Shown here: in pieces, positions 1-9,521 of the stretch
How the letters are laid out: the number at the start of each line of letters is the position of its first letter
Position numbering within the stretch: the first letter of the stretch is position 1
NCBI GenBank assembly: GCA_965262635.1
Contig: OZ253547.1
Span: forward strand, 4,156,234 to 4,220,233
Source: Candidatus Versatilivorator sp.
GTDB taxonomy: Bacteria > Acidobacteriota > Terriglobia > Versatilivoradales > Versatilivoraceae
DNA length: 64,000 nt
Direction: 5' to 3'
The notes under the pieces: model-generated
Seen by the model: only the letters and a program-made list of their open reading frames with translations
What the model was told of the DNA's origin: nothing
The model's database searches: none
Program-made: the position numbers and the translations under genes

Positions 1-3000
1 CCGCATCGATACTGACCCCGTCTGAGTCCTCGTCCCCCTCAACCACCTCGTAGCCGAACACCGGCGCCGCCGTCCCCGTGCCTCTCAGGTAGCCGGCCAC
101 CCGGGTCCTGGTCCCCACCCTCAGCCTCAACCGCGGGGCCCCCTCCACCTCCACCGTCTCGCTGAAGGTAACCGTCACCTCAATTCCGTCCCCCGCCGCG
201 TAGGTCCCGTCCACCCCCGGATTCGAATCGATGGCCAGGCTGCTCACCGCCGGCGGGGTGGTGTCCGGCGTGTCGTTCCTCACCGGCTCCCGGCTCACCC
301 CCCCTGCCTCGTTCCCAACTGCATCCCGGATCGGGTTGTTCCACGGTGTATAGCTCAGCTGGATCCCCGTCTCCCCGTGCTCGACCCCCGCATCCAGCGT
401 CAGCAACGCCGTGCTGCCGCTAACTCGGACTCCGGTGACCGTCCGGGGCTGGCTTCCCCCCGCCACCGTGAAGTCTCCCGCCTCGGGGGTCGAGCTGCCG
501 TCGAGCGGCTCATCGTAGGTGAGTGTCAGCATCGTCCCGTTCACCGTCGGCGGCGAAAGCATCGGCGCGCTGTCATCCACATCCAGAAGCCTCACCGTAA
601 GCGCGCCCTCCACCGGATTGGCGCCGTCGCTCACCTGCACCGTGACCTCGTAGTCGCGGTCCCTATCGGCGTCGTCCGGCTCCTCGTAGTCCTTCGCCGC
701 GGTGAAGTCGAGCTTGCCGTCAGCCGTCAGTATGAACTTGTCCCGATCCGCGCCCCCCGCGATCGCCCACGCCAGATCCTCCGCCGGTCGGTCTGCGTCA
801 GTCGCCGTGAGCGTCGCCACTGCCTTCTGATTCTCCACCACGAGAATCGGCGAGGTCGTCGTGATCACCGGAGACGAATCGTCATCGACGATCCTCAGCG
901 TCACGGCCGACGGAGGAGTCACCCCATTGATGTTTTCCGCCGTCCCCGACACCGTCACCATCGTGTCGGGAGCGTCCACGCTGTTGTCCACGGCCCGTAC
1001 CGTCACCACCCCAGTGCTCGATCTCTCACCCGCCGGGATCGTCAGGGTCCGGTTCTGACTCAGCGTGAAGTCTTCCAGCACCGCCGGAGCAACCGCCGTC
1101 GCCGACACCACCACCGTCGTCACCACTTTTGACGCCCGATCCAGTCCGGCCATCACCGTGCTGACGCCGCCGTTCTCACCGATCGAGTCCGGCGTCAGCT
1201 TCAGCGTCACCGGAATCGCCTCGTCCTTGATGACCCGGAGGATCCGGTCCTGACCGCCGCCGTTCGAGGTGGTCACATACAGGGCTCCGTCGGGACCCAT
1301 CATCGGGGTCCGGAGCCGACCGTAAGCGCCGTCGAACTCGGGGACGACGACCTGACTCACATAGTCACCTTCCGGAGTGAACTCGAACAGGCGCAGCTTA
1401 CTGTCCTTCAGCGTGGCCACCGCCAGCCGTCCCTCCCAGACGCCCCACTGGACACCCTCGAGGAAGATGCCGCCGCTGGTGGCCAAGGTCGATGACCCCG
1501 ACGACCACCTGGCCTCGATGGCACCAGGGAACTTCACCAGGTCGGTCATGGGAACCCCTTGGTTGTAGCCGGGCACCGGATCCCAGCCGTAGTTGCGGCC
1601 GGCGACCAGCAGGTTGATTTCGTCGTCAAACTCCGGGCCGTGCTCCACCGACCACATCTGGCTGGTGCCGGGACGGAGAGCCAGACCCTGCATGTTCCTG
1701 TGGCCATAGGTGTAGACCCGTGAGGGAGCAAACGGGTTTGTGGGCGCCCCGGCACCCGTAGTGGGATCGACTCGAAGGACCTTCCCTCCGAACGAGGTCA
1801 GATCCTGCGGGACCGTCCCGGTTGCCGCGTCCCCGGTCGCGATCCACAGATAGCCTTTCGGCCCGAAGCGCAGCCGGCAACCACCGTGACGGGAGCTGGC
1901 AGTGGGTATGTCCCCGACAAGGGGATCGTCGACCCGGGTGGCAATCGTGTAGGCAGCATCGATGGACCAAGCGATCACCTGTATCTCGGGCCCGACGTGT
2001 GCCTGGCAGGTGTAAAAGCGCCGGTTGGAGGCGAAATCCGGGTCAACAACGATTCCCATCAACCCGTTCTCTCCGGTGGACACCACGTCGGCGAAATCGG
2101 CGTCAACGGTCTCGACCGTGCCGTCGGCGCCTCGGCTGCTCAGCACCCCCGCCCGCTGAGTGAACAGCATCGTCCCGTCGGGCGTGAAGGCGAGGTCCCA
2201 GGGGATGGACAGGCCGGAGACGGGGGTGGAGACCAGGAGCTGGGGTGGAGTGATCTCGTAGGTGCTGACGCCCTGCGACTGCTTGCCGGAACCCTGCCCG
2301 TCCTCATAAGACACCCTGGCTCGCAAGTACATTTCGTCGTCGTCGCTGGATGGCGTGTAGCTGGCCGAGGTGGCGCTGCCGATGTTCCCCCATCCCGTGC
2401 GGCGGTTCGATGACCTGGCCCATTGCCAGTTCGGGCTGCTGACACCGCCGTCGGGATCGCTCAGTTCCGCCCTGATTTCAGCCCCGACCTTTGAGAAGCT
2501 CACCGTTCCGGCTTCCTCCAGGTTGCCCACGGTGACGGTGAGGGTCTGCTCCGCCGTCATCGCCCGATCGGCCGTGCCGCCGGTTGCCGTCACGGTCACA
2601 ATGTACTCGTTGTTGGCGGCGGCGTTGACGGGATCCGTGCCGGTGACATCCGCCGGTCTCTCGTAGTTCGGCGGAGTGGCGAAGGTCAGCGCACCCGTCG
2701 CTTCGCCGATTTGAAACTGCGAGGCGTCGGCACCGCCGGTGATCCCATAGGTGACCTCGTCACCCCTGTCCGGGTCCCGGGCAACCACCGTGCCTACCGC
2801 CGTCCGGTTTTCGTCCACCTCGAAGCTGGTGCCGCTGGTGAAGGACGGCGCGGTGTTGAGCGTTTGACGGGTGAAGGTCAACCTCGCCATGCGCACGTTC
2901 GAGAACTTGCCTATTCCCTTGATGCTGGTGATGACGCCTTGTGGAGAGGTGGCAGGGTTCGACAGCGAGAACTCGGTTCCTTCCTCGGTCCCGGCATCGT

Positions 3001-3694
3001 AGGGAAACAGGTCGACCTCAAGCGTCGACATCCATTGTCCCTGGGTATTGAGCAGGGACAGCCCCGAGACGCCCACAAACCAGTCCGGGCTGGGTCCGAT
3101 CATCGAGAGCAGCGTGACCAGGGGGTGTTCGTTGGTAAGCGTGATATCGAATGCCGCGCTGCCGGTCCCGCCTCCGCTGACACCCTTCTCGACTACGGAG
3201 ATCGCATTCGAGTTGGCATTGATTTCAGACTTGAAAGTGCCCGTAGAACCGAGTTCCGCGACATTCTCGACCCCCGGGGTGGCCGTTCCTCCGCTTTCCC
3301 AGAAGGTCACCATGTCATTGTGTATGGCGCCGATCAGGGTGGTGAAGTGCGCACTGGATACAACGCCGCCGGGCGTGCTGGCGGTTGTCCAGTTGCCCTG
3401 AAACGTCACCGCGTAGGTGGCTGACGACTGGACCGAGACCATCGAATCGCTCTCCGTTGAGCTCAGCCCAATATTAGGCAGCGGATCGTCGCCGGTTCCT
3501 GTCGCCCCTTTGGCTTGGTTGTCCCCGCTGGTCTTTATGGGGTTGATCGTCGCCGTCACAGCCTCCGTGACGTCCTCGTCCGCCGTCACCGGCGGGGCGC
3601 TCAGTATCTGCACGGGTGTTGGAACCAAGACGCTGAGACAGAAGAACACCACCGGGGCGGAAATTCCTGCGGCGCGTCGTGTTGGATGAATCAT
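1..3694 (-). CDS. giant secreted multidomain protein (signal peptide; Spondin_N-like domain; soluble quinoprotein glucose/sorbosone-dehydrogenase-type beta-propeller; cadherin/Ig-like repeats); C-terminus runs off the window
   Basis: Reverse-complement reading from ATG at 3694 gives MIHPTRRAAGISAPVVFFCLSVLVPTPVQILSAPP... The motif ...GPSPDWFVGVSG... is Spondin_N-like. The stretch ...YTYGHRNMQGLALRPGTSQMWSVEHGPEFDDEINLL... is an SGL/PQQ-GDH-like propeller. Tested segments at 1-420, 1600-1700, 3050-3100 and 3540-3694 are all in one open frame. The ORF track has no complete ORF because the 3' end is off-window, and the + strand ORFs listed here are antisense artefacts. Confidence 0.7.
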   Translation of the reverse strand, partial: MIHPTRRAAGISAPVVFFCLSVLVPTPVQILSAPPVTADEDVTEAVTATINPIKTSGDNQAKGATGTGDDPLPNIGLSSTESDSMVSVQSSATYAVTFQGNWTTASTPGGVVSSAHFTTLIGAIHNDMVTFWESGGTATPGVENVAELGSTGTFKSEINANSNAISVVEKGVSGGGTGSAAFDITLTNEHPLVTLLSMIGPSPDWFVGVSGLSLLNTQGQWMSTLEVDLFPYDAGTEEGTEFSLSNPATSPQGVITSIKGIGKFSNVRMARLTFTRQTLNTAPSFTSGTSFEVDENRTAVGTVVARDPDRGDEVTYGITGGADASQFQIGEATGALTFATPPNYERPADVTGTDPVNAAANNEYIVTVTATGGTADRAMTAEQTLTVTVGNLEEAGTVSFSKVGAEIRAELSDPDGGVSSPNWQWARSSNRRTGWGNIGSATSASYTPSSDDDEMYLRARVSYEDGQGSGKQSQGVSTYEITPPQLLVSTPVSGLSIPWDLAFTPDGTMLFTQRAGVLSSRGADGTVETVDADFADVVSTGENGLMGIVVDPDFASNRRFYTCQAHVGPEIQVIAWSIDAAYTIATRVDDPLVGDIPTASSRHGGCRLRFGPKGYLWIATGDAATGTVPQDLTSFGGKVLRVDPTTGAGAPTNPFAPSRVYTYGHRNMQGLALRPGTSQMWSVEHGPEFDDEINLLVAGRNYGWDPVPGYNQGVPMTDLVKFPGAIEARWSSGSSTLATSGGIFLEGVQWGVWEGRLAVATLKDSKLRLFEFTPEGDYVSQVVVPEFDGAYGRLRTPMMGPDGALYVTTSNGGGQDRILRVIKDEAIPVTLKLTPDSIGENGGVSTVMAGLDRASKVVTTVVVSATAVAPAVLEDFTLSQNRTLTIPAGERSSTGVVTVRAVDNSVDAPDTMVTVSGTAENINGVTPPSAVTLRIVDDDSSPVITTTSPILVVENQKAVATLTATDADRPAEDLAWAIAGGADRDKFILTADGKLDFTAAKDYEEPDDADRDRDYEVTVQVSDGANPVEGALTVRLLDVDDSAPMLSPPTVNGTMLTLTYDEPLDGSSTPEAGDFTVAGGSQPRTVTGVRVSGSTALLTLDAGVEHGETGIQLSYTPWNNPIRDAVGNEAGGVSREPVRNDTPDTTPPAVSSLAIDSNPGVDGTYAAGDGIEVTVTFSETVEVEGAPRLRLRVGTRTRVAGYLRGTGTAAPVFGYEVVEGDEDSDGVSIDA

Positions 3695-3942
3695 GCCGGA
3701 CCTTTGAAAGCTGGCGCGACCAGTGACCGCACGGAAATCGACGGCATCCAGACAGGTTCTAGAGCTAGGAGCCTGCGTCGTGGAACGATTCCGAGCCCTT
3801 CTGGTGGACTATGAGCCCTATTATTGGTGGACAATCAACTTCGGAAAGGATCGTCTGCCCTATTCACAGCAATAATGTATCCTTTTTATGGAAGACTATC
3901 CCTCCACATTTTTCTGCGGCGCAGGCTCCTAGCCCGCATTTC

Positions 3943-5448
3943 TCACCGGGGGGCTAGTGGCTGGCGGCCCTCCCAACCCGGGTCCGGAAAGATCCAGGAA
4001 AGGATTGCGGCCGCCAGCAGCCCTGAGACACATCCCCCCGGAATAATCCACATGAAGGAGATGCCCCACGCCTGGCCGAACAGCTCACTGCTGAAGGTGA
4101 TCAGCCAGCCGCAGACCATGCTGACCGCAGCCCCGGCCAGCACCGACCGGGGACCGCAGCGGGGCAGCAGCACCCCGGCCAGCACAATCATGCCAAGCGT
4201 GCCCGGCAAACCGCCGGTGGACTTGTTCATCACCTCGTACAGGTTACCCTGAATCAACTGCATCCCGAAGGCCATGACGACGGCCAGCAAGCCGGCCAGA
4301 AGCGTCACCAGCTTGGCCACCCACAGCGCCGGCCGAGGGTCGCCGGCGGCGGCGCGGAACCGCTGGTGGAAATCGACGGTGACCACGGCCGAGAGACTGT
4401 TGATTCCGGAGTCGATGCTGGACATGGCCGCCGACAGAAGCCCCGCCACCACCAGCCCGCGAACCCCCACCGGCAGCGAGTGGGCAATGAACCAGGGAAA
4501 CACCTCATCCGGGTGGGAGGCCCCCTCCCAGCCGACGCCCTGGGGACCGTACTGGGAGTAGCTGGTCAGCGCCAACCCCAGCACGGCCATCACCACCGAC
4601 AGGACCATGCCGCACCCCACGTAGGCCAGGAACGAGCGGCCGGCGGCTCCCGGCGAGGGCGTCGACAGGTAACGCTGCACCGCCACCTGATCCGCACCGT
4701 GCAGGCAGACCTTGGCGAAGAAGGTCTGCAGGATGACTCCGAAGGCGGTGATCCGCACCCTGGGGTCCAGATCGAAGAGCGGCTGGGGCTGGTAGGGCAC
4801 CAGCCTGGCCGCCTCCCACCAATCGAACAGACCGGTCGAGGTGCGGACCATGATGTACCCGATGCAGAAGAGACTGCCGCCGAGGAGCACCGACCACTGG
4901 ATGACGTCGGTCCACATCACGGCCCGCAGCCCGCCCAGCCAGGTATAGACCGTACCCACCACGGCCACCCCCACGATGATGGTCGAAAGTTCCCAACCGG
5001 TAATTCGGGTCAGGGCGAAGGAGGCGGTGTATACCACCAGACCCATCCAGATGATGCGAAGCCCCATGAAGATGACTGCCCCGACCATGCGGACCCGCAG
5101 GTCAAAACGGTGCTCCAGCAGCTCGTAAACGGTGGTGATGCGCCCGCGCATGAAGTAGGGCAGCAAGCGGTAGTTGATGACCAGGATCGCGGGGAAGACC
5201 CCCAACTGAGCGGCGTGAAACATCAGGCCATTCTTGATCTGTTCCCCGGGAACGGACAGATAGCTGATGGTCGACATCAGTGAGGCCTGAATGCTGATGC
5301 CCACAATCAGCCAGTGCATGCTGCGGCGGCCGAGGAAATACTCTTCGGTTGAGTTCTGCTTTCGGGAGAGGGACATCCCCGTGAAGACGATCGCCGCGAA
5401 GTAGATCAATACCACGGCGGTATCGACAGGTCCGATGAGGCCAAGCAT
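3943..5448 (-). CDS. sodium:solute symporter family (SSF) transporter
   Basis: 501 aa, multi-TM, SSF-type N-terminus (MLGLIGPVDTAVVLIYFAAIVFTGMS...) and SSF-like helices throughout. Confidence 0.85.
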   Translation of the reverse strand: MLGLIGPVDTAVVLIYFAAIVFTGMSLSRKQNSTEEYFLGRRSMHWLIVGISIQASLMSTISYLSVPGEQIKNGLMFHAAQLGVFPAILVINYRLLPYFMRGRITTVYELLEHRFDLRVRMVGAVIFMGLRIIWMGLVVYTASFALTRITGWELSTIIVGVAVVGTVYTWLGGLRAVMWTDVIQWSVLLGGSLFCIGYIMVRTSTGLFDWWEAARLVPYQPQPLFDLDPRVRITAFGVILQTFFAKVCLHGADQVAVQRYLSTPSPGAAGRSFLAYVGCGMVLSVVMAVLGLALTSYSQYGPQGVGWEGASHPDEVFPWFIAHSLPVGVRGLVVAGLLSAAMSSIDSGINSLSAVVTVDFHQRFRAAAGDPRPALWVAKLVTLLAGLLAVVMAFGMQLIQGNLYEVMNKSTGGLPGTLGMIVLAGVLLPRCGPRSVLAGAAVSMVCGWLITFSSELFGQAWGISFMWIIPGGCVSGLLAAAILSWIFPDPGWEGRQPLAPR

Positions 5449-5746
5449 GCCGTTTTCCAGGGGCGAGCCAAGATGAAGAAGACGGAGGTCAGTGGAAATT
5501 GGAGGGTACCATAAACGGCGCCGGCACCGCCGTAGACAGGGCGGACATCACCGCCGCAGAGATTGGCCGGCTGCGATCGGCCGTGTGCCGCCAGGGCTTG
5601 GGCTGCGCTGCAGCTCGAGACGCAGCCATGGGCCGGGATTTCAGCATCTTGTGACCTGGTCAGCGACAGTTGTATTCTTACCACCGACCCGAAACGACAT
5701 CCCCCAATCATTGTGCATTTCCCGAGGAATCCCTGAGGTCCGACCC

Positions 5747-7342
5747 ATGAACCCTCTCATCACAGACAGCGTCTACCTTCGCGTGGGCAACCGGAGGCAG
5801 TTCTTCTTCGACGACCTGTTGCTGGAGCAGACCCAAAACCTGACGCGGCGATTCCATTCGCCCCAACCGGCCGGCGACCGGCCCGTCCTGGGCAAGGACC
5901 GGCCCTGGGAGCATGTGCTCTATTTCACCTGCAATACCTGGAACGTGATCCGGGATCCGAAAGACGGCCTCTTCAAGTGCTGGTACGAGGACTGGCAGAT
6001 CGACGATCTTTCCAGGGCCATCTCCTGGATTCGCCCCTCGGACCGCAAGCTCTGCCTGAATCTCCACCGTTCCTGGCCTTCGCGGGTGCTGTACGCCCAG
6101 TCCCGCGACGGGATCGCCTGGGAAAAACCGGCCTTGGGAATGGCGACCGAAAAGGGCCGGAGCACCAACGTGGTGCTCGGCGGCCGCGAGCCGGTGGGTG
6201 CGGCCCATTGCGCCTACGTGCTGCTGGACACTCTCGAAACCAACCCGTCTCGACGCTATAAGGCGATCTTCGAGAACCGGGCCAGCCAGGAAGCCGACGA
6301 CCAGGGCGGCGGGACCTTCCGCAGCGCATTCTCAAGCGACGGGATCCACTGGAAGGTCCACTCGGAGCCTGTCCGCTACGGCCGGTGCGGTCCGGTCGCA
6401 GGCGACGTGGTGACGGTCTCGATCGACCCCGAATCCGGCATCTATCGCTTGAACGGGCGGCACCCTACCATGTGCTCCAACGTCGTCCAGGACATGCGCA
6501 ACCCCACCGACGGCGGCTGGATTGCGCCCAGCTATCCCCATCGGTTCGGACAAGAGAACCGGCGGCGGATTTTCCGGATGGAGAGCAGCGACATGATCCG
6601 CTGGTCCACCCCGACACCGCTGGTCGTTCCCGAACACGACACCGACAACATCGACGATGAGTTCTATGGCATGGAGCAGTTCCAGATCGGCGACGATTGG
6701 CTGGGACTGCTCAACGTCCTTCACAACACCGACAACACCATGGACGTCCAGTTGACCTATTCGCGCAACGGAAAGGATTTCAAGCGGGTCCGACCGGGAC
6801 AGTCCTGGCTGGCCCCGGGGGCGGAAGGGAGCTGGTATCCCTACCTGTGCACCGTGTGCAGCAAGCCGATCGAGGTGGGGGACGACCTGTACGTGTACCA
6901 CGGAGGGGCCAATGTCCATCACGACTGGTGGATGGTGGGACTCCCCGAAGGGCTGAAGGTGGCCGAGAGCGGCAATCTGGACGGGGTGAACTACGCCCTG
7001 GGTCTGGCCAAAATGAAGCGGGACCGCTTCGTCTCGCTGGCCGCCGGCCCGGCCCGCACCGGGATTCTGGTGACCCGGCCCATCTTTCCAACCGGAGGCA
7101 GCCTGATCGTCAACCTGAAATGCCACCCCGGAGGCCGGCTGCAGGCGGCCATCGCCGACGGACAGGGGAACGTTCTTCCCGGTTTCGAGCGTCGAAACTG
7201 CCGGACCGTCTCAGCCGATGGCGTCTGCTGCCCGCTGACCTGGCGAGGTCAATCCAGGGTTCCCTCGGGGAGATTTCTGAAGCTGCACTTCTTTCTGCAG
7301 AACGCCGAACTGTTCAGTTTCCAGTTCATCCAGGAGACTTGA
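5747..7342 (+). CDS. five-bladed beta-propeller glycoside-hydrolase-like protein (GH43/GH32/GH130-clan-like)
   Basis: ATG at 5747 (MNPLITDSVY...) is downstream of junk N-terminal extension of the track ORF. Motifs NTWNVIRDPKDG and DDEFYGMEQFQIGDD are typical of furanosidase-type propellers. Confidence 0.5.
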   Translation: MNPLITDSVYLRVGNRRQFFFDDLLLEQTQNLTRRFHSPQPAGDRPVLGKDRPWEHVLYFTCNTWNVIRDPKDGLFKCWYEDWQIDDLSRAISWIRPSDRKLCLNLHRSWPSRVLYAQSRDGIAWEKPALGMATEKGRSTNVVLGGREPVGAAHCAYVLLDTLETNPSRRYKAIFENRASQEADDQGGGTFRSAFSSDGIHWKVHSEPVRYGRCGPVAGDVVTVSIDPESGIYRLNGRHPTMCSNVVQDMRNPTDGGWIAPSYPHRFGQENRRRIFRMESSDMIRWSTPTPLVVPEHDTDNIDDEFYGMEQFQIGDDWLGLLNVLHNTDNTMDVQLTYSRNGKDFKRVRPGQSWLAPGAEGSWYPYLCTVCSKPIEVGDDLYVYHGGANVHHDWWMVGLPEGLKVAESGNLDGVNYALGLAKMKRDRFVSLAAGPARTGILVTRPIFPTGGSLIVNLKCHPGGRLQAAIADGQGNVLPGFERRNCRTVSADGVCCPLTWRGQSRVPSGRFLKLHFFLQNAELFSFQFIQET

Positions 7343-7349
7343 GGAGGCA

Positions 7350-7500
7350 TTTCTCGCCACGGGGCACGGTGTTTGCCCCCCACCGGCTCGACTGCGGGCT
7401 CCGCCCTCTCGCCGACTCCCCCTCAAGGGGGGAGTGATCGTGAGGCTTGCATAAGGCGTTCCAGTATCACTCCCCCCTTGAGGGGGAGTCGCAGAAGCCG
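7350..7500. repeat. REP-like palindromic repeat, family B copy 1 (long perfect hairpin gactccccctcaaggggggagtgat ... atcactccccccttgagggggagtc)
   Basis: Related copies at 57775-57900 and 58240-58330. Confidence 0.7.
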
Positions 7501-7591
7501 AGCCGGCAGGCGAAGGCTGATGCGGTGGGGGGTGAACGCCGGGGCCACCTCACTGAGACGGAAAGTCGCGCGGGAAGCAGGGTGAGAGGCA

Positions 7592-9496
7592 TCAACCCGG
7601 GGTCACATAGGAGAGATCCCAGTCCCCGAGTCTGGTGAGAGTGCTGCCGGGTCGTTCCAACTTGGGAGAGCCCTGGCGAACCCAGGATTGAAGCTCCTCA
7701 CGCTGGCCCAGGCGCCGTAAGGCATTCCAGGAGGCGCTGAAGTCATTGCGGGCGTTGGTGTCCCAAAAGAAGAGGTGCTCGATGCCGGCCCGGTAGAGGG
7801 TGTGAGCCCGTTTCCGGTAATCCTCCGGAGCCAGCTGGCGCGGCATGAGGTTGAGCGCCAGCCGGCAGGCCGTCCCCCGGGTGATCCGCTGAAAGAACAA
7901 AGCCTCCTTGGGGTCCATCCAGGAATCGGCGCCGCTGTTCAAGCCCGTCACCGAAGTGTAGGGAATCATGGCATCGACCAGGCCCTCCCGGACCCAACCT
8001 TCCACATCCATGGCGTAGTAGAGGTTTTCCTCCCGGCTGCTCATCACGATGGCGGTGACCTGGATCGGCTTTTCCCTGTTCTGTTCTCGAGCCGCCTGGT
8101 TCATGGCCTGGCAAACCTCGCGCATGAACCGGGTCAGAAAGGTGGCGCGATAGGAAAGCCAACGGGGGTCTTTTTCATCCAAACTGGTGGGGTCTCGTCC
8201 GTACCTGGATTTGAAGCCCTCGACCACAGGAGGCTCATATTCCACCAGCGGCGGGCGCCGATTGTAGAGCAGACAGACCCCGTCGATGGGGTAGCCGGCG
8301 ACTTCTTTCAGGATCGAGACCACGAACCGCCGAACTTCCGGGTAGGCATAGGAGAGTCGGGGGGTATTGCGACCCTGACGATCCACCCCGCGCCATTCGG
8401 GATGACGATCGTAAAAGCCGCGGCTGTTCCACTCCCGGTGTGGCACCGGGAAGTGAAATCCGGCCGTACGGTAGGCCGCGTGAAACTGCAGGCCGGCCTC
8501 ATGACAAGCCTCCAGGGCCACTCGAAAGGGATCGATATTCTTCCGGCGCAGGATACGCCAGCTTTCCGCGGCCAGCCGATCCCCGACTCTGTAGGGGTCG
8601 TCGATCCAGTCGTCTGAAGGCATCAGCCCGATCTTGGTGAAATAGTTGCAGCGATCCCCGGAGGCGGCTTCCCAATACAGCCGGGAGAAATCGCTATCCC
8701 GAAACGGCTCGATCTCACGCCGGATGTCGGCCGCGCTGACGGGTCGAAAGGCGTAATGGTAGCTCCAGGCATCATTGTGAGCCCAGAGCCTCCGGTTTTT
8801 CCCGCCCTCCCGCTCCTCCTTCACGCGCTTGACCCTCTCCTCGGACAACGGCACCAGCTTGATATAGGCCACCCAGGCCCCGTGGGACGGATTTCCCACC
8901 GAGTCGGGGCTATCGGGGACAACCTGGGACGTCCATTGCCCCATGACAATGTCCTGGCCCGTCAAGTCCGCCTCTTTCCAAAAGACGTCGTCGACGCGGT
9001 ACCTTTGGCTCGGATCCGAGAGATGAGAGATCAGGGAAAAGGCGGTGTCGGTCTTCAAGCGCACCAACAGCCGGGTGTTGTCCTCGTTGTAGCCATAGGA
9101 CCGGATTCCGAAGTAGATGGCGTGCCAGCCCTTCCGGTCCAGGGGACAGGTCACCGGAGGGGCGGCCGTGTTCTGTCCGGCAACCAGCATGGTTCCCTTC
9201 AATCGATCGGTTTGGTAATCCAGAAGCCTCCAGCGATTTCTCCCAGGTTTCCGGGAAAGCGCCGAGGCCGGCCGGCAACGACCCAGGTCGGTGAGATAGA
9301 TCGCTTCCCCCGATTCCGAGGGGCCTGCCGCGGACATCGCCGGCCCGGCCTTCAAGGACGACAGGGCCACCGAGGCGCCCGATGCCATGGCCGCTGCCTG
9401 CAAAAATTCCCGGCGGCCCACTGAACCCGGCCGCGGGGCGTCTTTATTATTGTTCATGATGGCGGCGATTCTATCGAGCGGGGCTTCCGGGGTCAA
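7592..9496 (-). CDS. TAT-secreted TIM-barrel glycoside-hydrolase-like protein (GHL10/DUF187-type), paralogue of the next gene
   Basis: 634 aa with a twin-arginine motif RREFLQAAAMASGASVA. It shares motifs with 9522..11108 (HPEW, GxDGV/EGFELDF-type barrel motifs). Confidence 0.5.
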   Translation of the reverse strand: MTPEAPLDRIAAIMNNNKDAPRPGSVGRREFLQAAAMASGASVALSSLKAGPAMSAAGPSESGEAIYLTDLGRCRPASALSRKPGRNRWRLLDYQTDRLKGTMLVAGQNTAAPPVTCPLDRKGWHAIYFGIRSYGYNEDNTRLLVRLKTDTAFSLISHLSDPSQRYRVDDVFWKEADLTGQDIVMGQWTSQVVPDSPDSVGNPSHGAWVAYIKLVPLSEERVKRVKEEREGGKNRRLWAHNDAWSYHYAFRPVSAADIRREIEPFRDSDFSRLYWEAASGDRCNYFTKIGLMPSDDWIDDPYRVGDRLAAESWRILRRKNIDPFRVALEACHEAGLQFHAAYRTAGFHFPVPHREWNSRGFYDRHPEWRGVDRQGRNTPRLSYAYPEVRRFVVSILKEVAGYPIDGVCLLYNRRPPLVEYEPPVVEGFKSRYGRDPTSLDEKDPRWLSYRATFLTRFMREVCQAMNQAAREQNREKPIQVTAIVMSSREENLYYAMDVEGWVREGLVDAMIPYTSVTGLNSGADSWMDPKEALFFQRITRGTACRLALNLMPRQLAPEDYRKRAHTLYRAGIEHLFFWDTNARNDFSASWNALRRLGQREELQSWVRQGSPKLERPGSTLTRLGDWDLSYVTPG

Positions 9497-9521
9497 AGGT
9501 GCACCACCACGGGTCAGGGGA

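Noticed and set aside
377-3689. Several + strand ORFs (377..1132, 2711..3424, 3048..3401, 3417..3689 and others)
   Set aside because: All are antisense to the single long minus-strand secreted-protein gene that reads open from 3694 to the window edge.
6332-7126. 264-aa minus-strand ORF
   Set aside because: It lies inside the glycoside-hydrolase-like gene and is a high-GC antisense artefact.
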